Assembly (NCBI RefSeq): GCF_000372725.1
Contig: NW_005201192.1
Location: 1,066,758-1,090,124 of the forward strand
Direction of reading: 5' to 3'
Origin: Emiliania huxleyi CCMP1516
Taxonomy: Eukaryota
Length of the DNA: 23,367 nucleotides
The notes beneath the pieces are model-generated. The model saw nothing but the letters and a program-made list of their open reading frames with translations, was not told the DNA's origin and searched no databases. The first letter of the stretch is position 1. Every line of letters begins with the position of its first letter. Both the position numbers and the translations under genes were made by a program. Shown here one piece after another: positions 20,923 through 23,367 of this stretch.

Positions 20923-22593
20923 CGTTGCGGCTAACTTCGAAATGTGCACCTGGGATGGCTGCGCTCCCTTTGTGCTGGCTGGCTGGTACACCCTGCGGCG
21001 GCGCGGCCGGTTGAGAGGTTTTCTTTTTGTGAGAGAAAAGCCTTGGGGTGGGAACCTCTGAGAAGGTGCAGGCGTGCGAGGGCGCTATCTGCGTCGTGCG
21101 GGGCTGCTGGCTGGGCGCTCTTGTGTTGTAAGGCTGCTGTTTTCTCAGGGCGCGGGGGGTCGCGCAGTGCGTGAGCCGCGCGGGCGTGTGTGAGTGTATT
21201 AGCTTTCCAGTTGATCCTTATCGGACTGGTGAGTTCCCTCTCGCTGTCAGTGTGACGTCCAGGCAGTCATTGGCAGCGGTGCTACACACCCTACGCCTTC
21301 ATTCGTTTTCTCCAAGTAGGAAAGAAATTTTGTGTCTCGTCATCATGTTTTTCTTTTTTTGCTTATGGCAGTAAAAAGAAACGGAACTGTGTGCGACAGG
21401 CGCGGGCTCGGTCGATATCCAATACTTCGACTCACATGTTCACTGCTGCGGTGTGTGCCCGGGAAGGCGCAGCGGCGGGATGGATTGAGAAGGTCTCAGA
21501 GAGACTGCAGGCGTGCAGAGGCGCGCGTTGCAGTGTCTCTGATTGGGCTGCTGGCGGTGTGAGCGCGAGACGGCGTGGTGAGGCGAGGGGCAGGCTGTTG
21601 TTGCGGGGTGCGGGCAGCATCGTCGAGCGCAGTGCGTGTGGTGCTGTATGCTGTGTGTGCAGGCAGGCTGGCAGTCTGTGCTGTAGACCGGAACGGATGA
21701 GCGCGCGCGCGCGCGCGCGCGCGCGTGCGGGCGTGCGTGCGCGGCTTGCGCGGTGCAGGACCTGCGTCGTACTCGCGGCGCGTCCTGGTACTGCCGCTTG
21801 TGAGATGCCAGAAGCAGTGTGCAGAGCCTGCACAGGGCGCAAAAAGGCGAGGTAGTGCTGGTGAGGTGTGCTGCGGTGCGCGCGTCGCGGCGTGAGTGGA
21901 CGAGCGGCTGGCTCTGGTAGTGCGAGGGGCGCGCAGCTGGTGCGGGCGGCGCGGGACGGCCATGGGGCGCCAGCACAGGGCAGACGCACATGGCACAGCT
22001 CTGAAATGGCGCTGCGCGTGTTTGCGTGCGCGCGGGGACGTACGCGCAGTTTTCACGCGGTGTGCGTGGAGAAGGGCATGAGGCTTGAGGGGCGCCGGCC
22101 GCGCGCGGCTCGGCGTGTGCGAGTGCGTGGTTCGTGTGGTTCGGTGCCCGAAGGCGACTGACCAGTCTTGCTGCCATCGCGGAACGAAGGCTTTAGAAGA
22201 AAGGTGACCCCCCCCCCACGAGGCAATGTTCGTCCCTGGCTCGCTTCCCCCCCAACCCCCAGTTCTATCCCCCAGTTCCAGCCCCCTCCAATCCCCAGTG
22301 TCGCCACGTACCTGCGCAGAAACCCGTATGCGCTGTGATCGGTTCCCGATCCATCCCGCTCGCCGTGCCGCATGAGAGCTACATGGAGAAGCCGGACGTC
22401 TTGGCGTGCCGCCGATCGCTGTCGGTGAAGCTGTTCGGCGCCTATAAACGGTGAAGCCTCCAGCGTGAGGGGCTGCAGAGGGGAGCAGAGGGGCGCAGAG
22501 GGGAGCAGAGGGGAGTGGCCGGGGGAGGCTCCCAATGCAATCTCGACTCGGGCAATCTCGGGTAATCTCGGGGAGTCCAAAGTCATCTCGCAC

Positions 22594-22953
22594 CTTCCAC
22601 TCGGCCGCATCGGACGGCGGCGCCGCCTGGGCTTGCTTCTTCCCGCCGCCCCCGCAGAGGACGCGGCGCAGCACCTAGAAACAGAAGTCTCCGCCGCGTC
22701 GACTCCGTGTTCTCGGCGCCGCGCAGAGGACGGCCGAGCACCGCCAAGAGCGCGAGGCCCAAAGCCACACCGCCGAGGATCTCGACCAGGCTCAGCGAGA
22801 GGGAGGTCTCCTCCGGGACAGGGGGCTGGAGCAGCGGCGGCGGTGGCGGCGGCGGCGTCGGAGAGGATAGCCACCACATCTGCACCTAGAAAAGACGAGC
22901 AAACGCGCGTGATGTCGTCTTTCGGGTCGGGTCGCGGCCCTCCGTTTGCCCAC

Positions 22954-22984
<31 letters not shown>

Positions 22985-23316
22985 GGCGGCGGCGGCGGCG
23001 CGGGTGGCGGCGGCGGCGTCTTGGTCGGCGGCGGCGTCGGCGGCGGCGGTGCCGGAAGCGCGCATCGCGACCCATTGGTCAGGAGGAGCTCGTAGAGGGA
23101 CAGGCTGCCGGAGTGCGCGCCGGCAAACATGACCGCGGCGGCGCCCGACGGCGACTGGTGCTTGTCGAGGATTGCCACAGACTCGACGCCTACTTGCGCG
23201 TGAGTGACGCCGTGCATGAGGGCTGTGGGCGGGGGAGGGCGAGAGGCTGCTGGTGCGGCTCGGGCTCCGATGTCTCCGAGCGTCTGCTCCTTGAAGGCGA
23301 CGCCCGGGCTCTTGTC
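22594..23316 (-). CDS. 3' exons of a choice-of-anchor-I-like (alkaline phosphatase-associated propeller) membrane protein; gene extends beyond the right edge
   Basis: Spliced TLGDIG|VESVAILDKHQSPSGAAAVMFAGAHSGSLSLYEL resembles the GDLGPEG..F....SP.G..LL...EVSG....YE family C-terminus; followed by poly-Pro stalk and TM helix LVEILGGVALGLALLAVL. Final exon not resolved. Confidence 0.55.
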
Positions 23317-23367
23317 CTAGTGCGTGAGTACACAACGCCAGGGCGTGAATAGAGCTCGCACTAGAGG

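Overview
Eukaryotic, GC-rich, microsatellite-rich draft genomic DNA with an 845-N gap. Short GT/GC/GA-AG introns and Pro-rich linkers suggest a haptophyte such as Emiliania/Gephyrocapsa huxleyi (inferred). Genes: two intronless ankyrin-repeat paralogs (one truncated), an SdiA-regulated/YjiK-like propeller protein, two VTC-type DUF202 membrane-protein paralogs plus a VTC catalytic-domain fragment, a Cys-rich/GT34-like glycosyltransferase, and the 3' part of a choice-of-anchor-I-like protein. Main discovery: a ~1.2-kb RT-less retroelement (12567-13792) with an 11-bp target-site duplication (TSD) and a (CCTTA)n tail. Its structured 3' ~140-170 nt recurs in sense orientation as the body of at least four predicted spliceosomal introns. 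In the clearest cases the TSD supplies both splice sites, so this looks like a retroposon-type introner. Most other predicted introns also begin with a copy of the start of the next exon, and a second short intron-forming motif is present. Both DUF202 paralogs carry an unusual C-terminal CYTH/TTM-like domain. All splicing is inferred from sequence and paralog alignment, not from transcripts.
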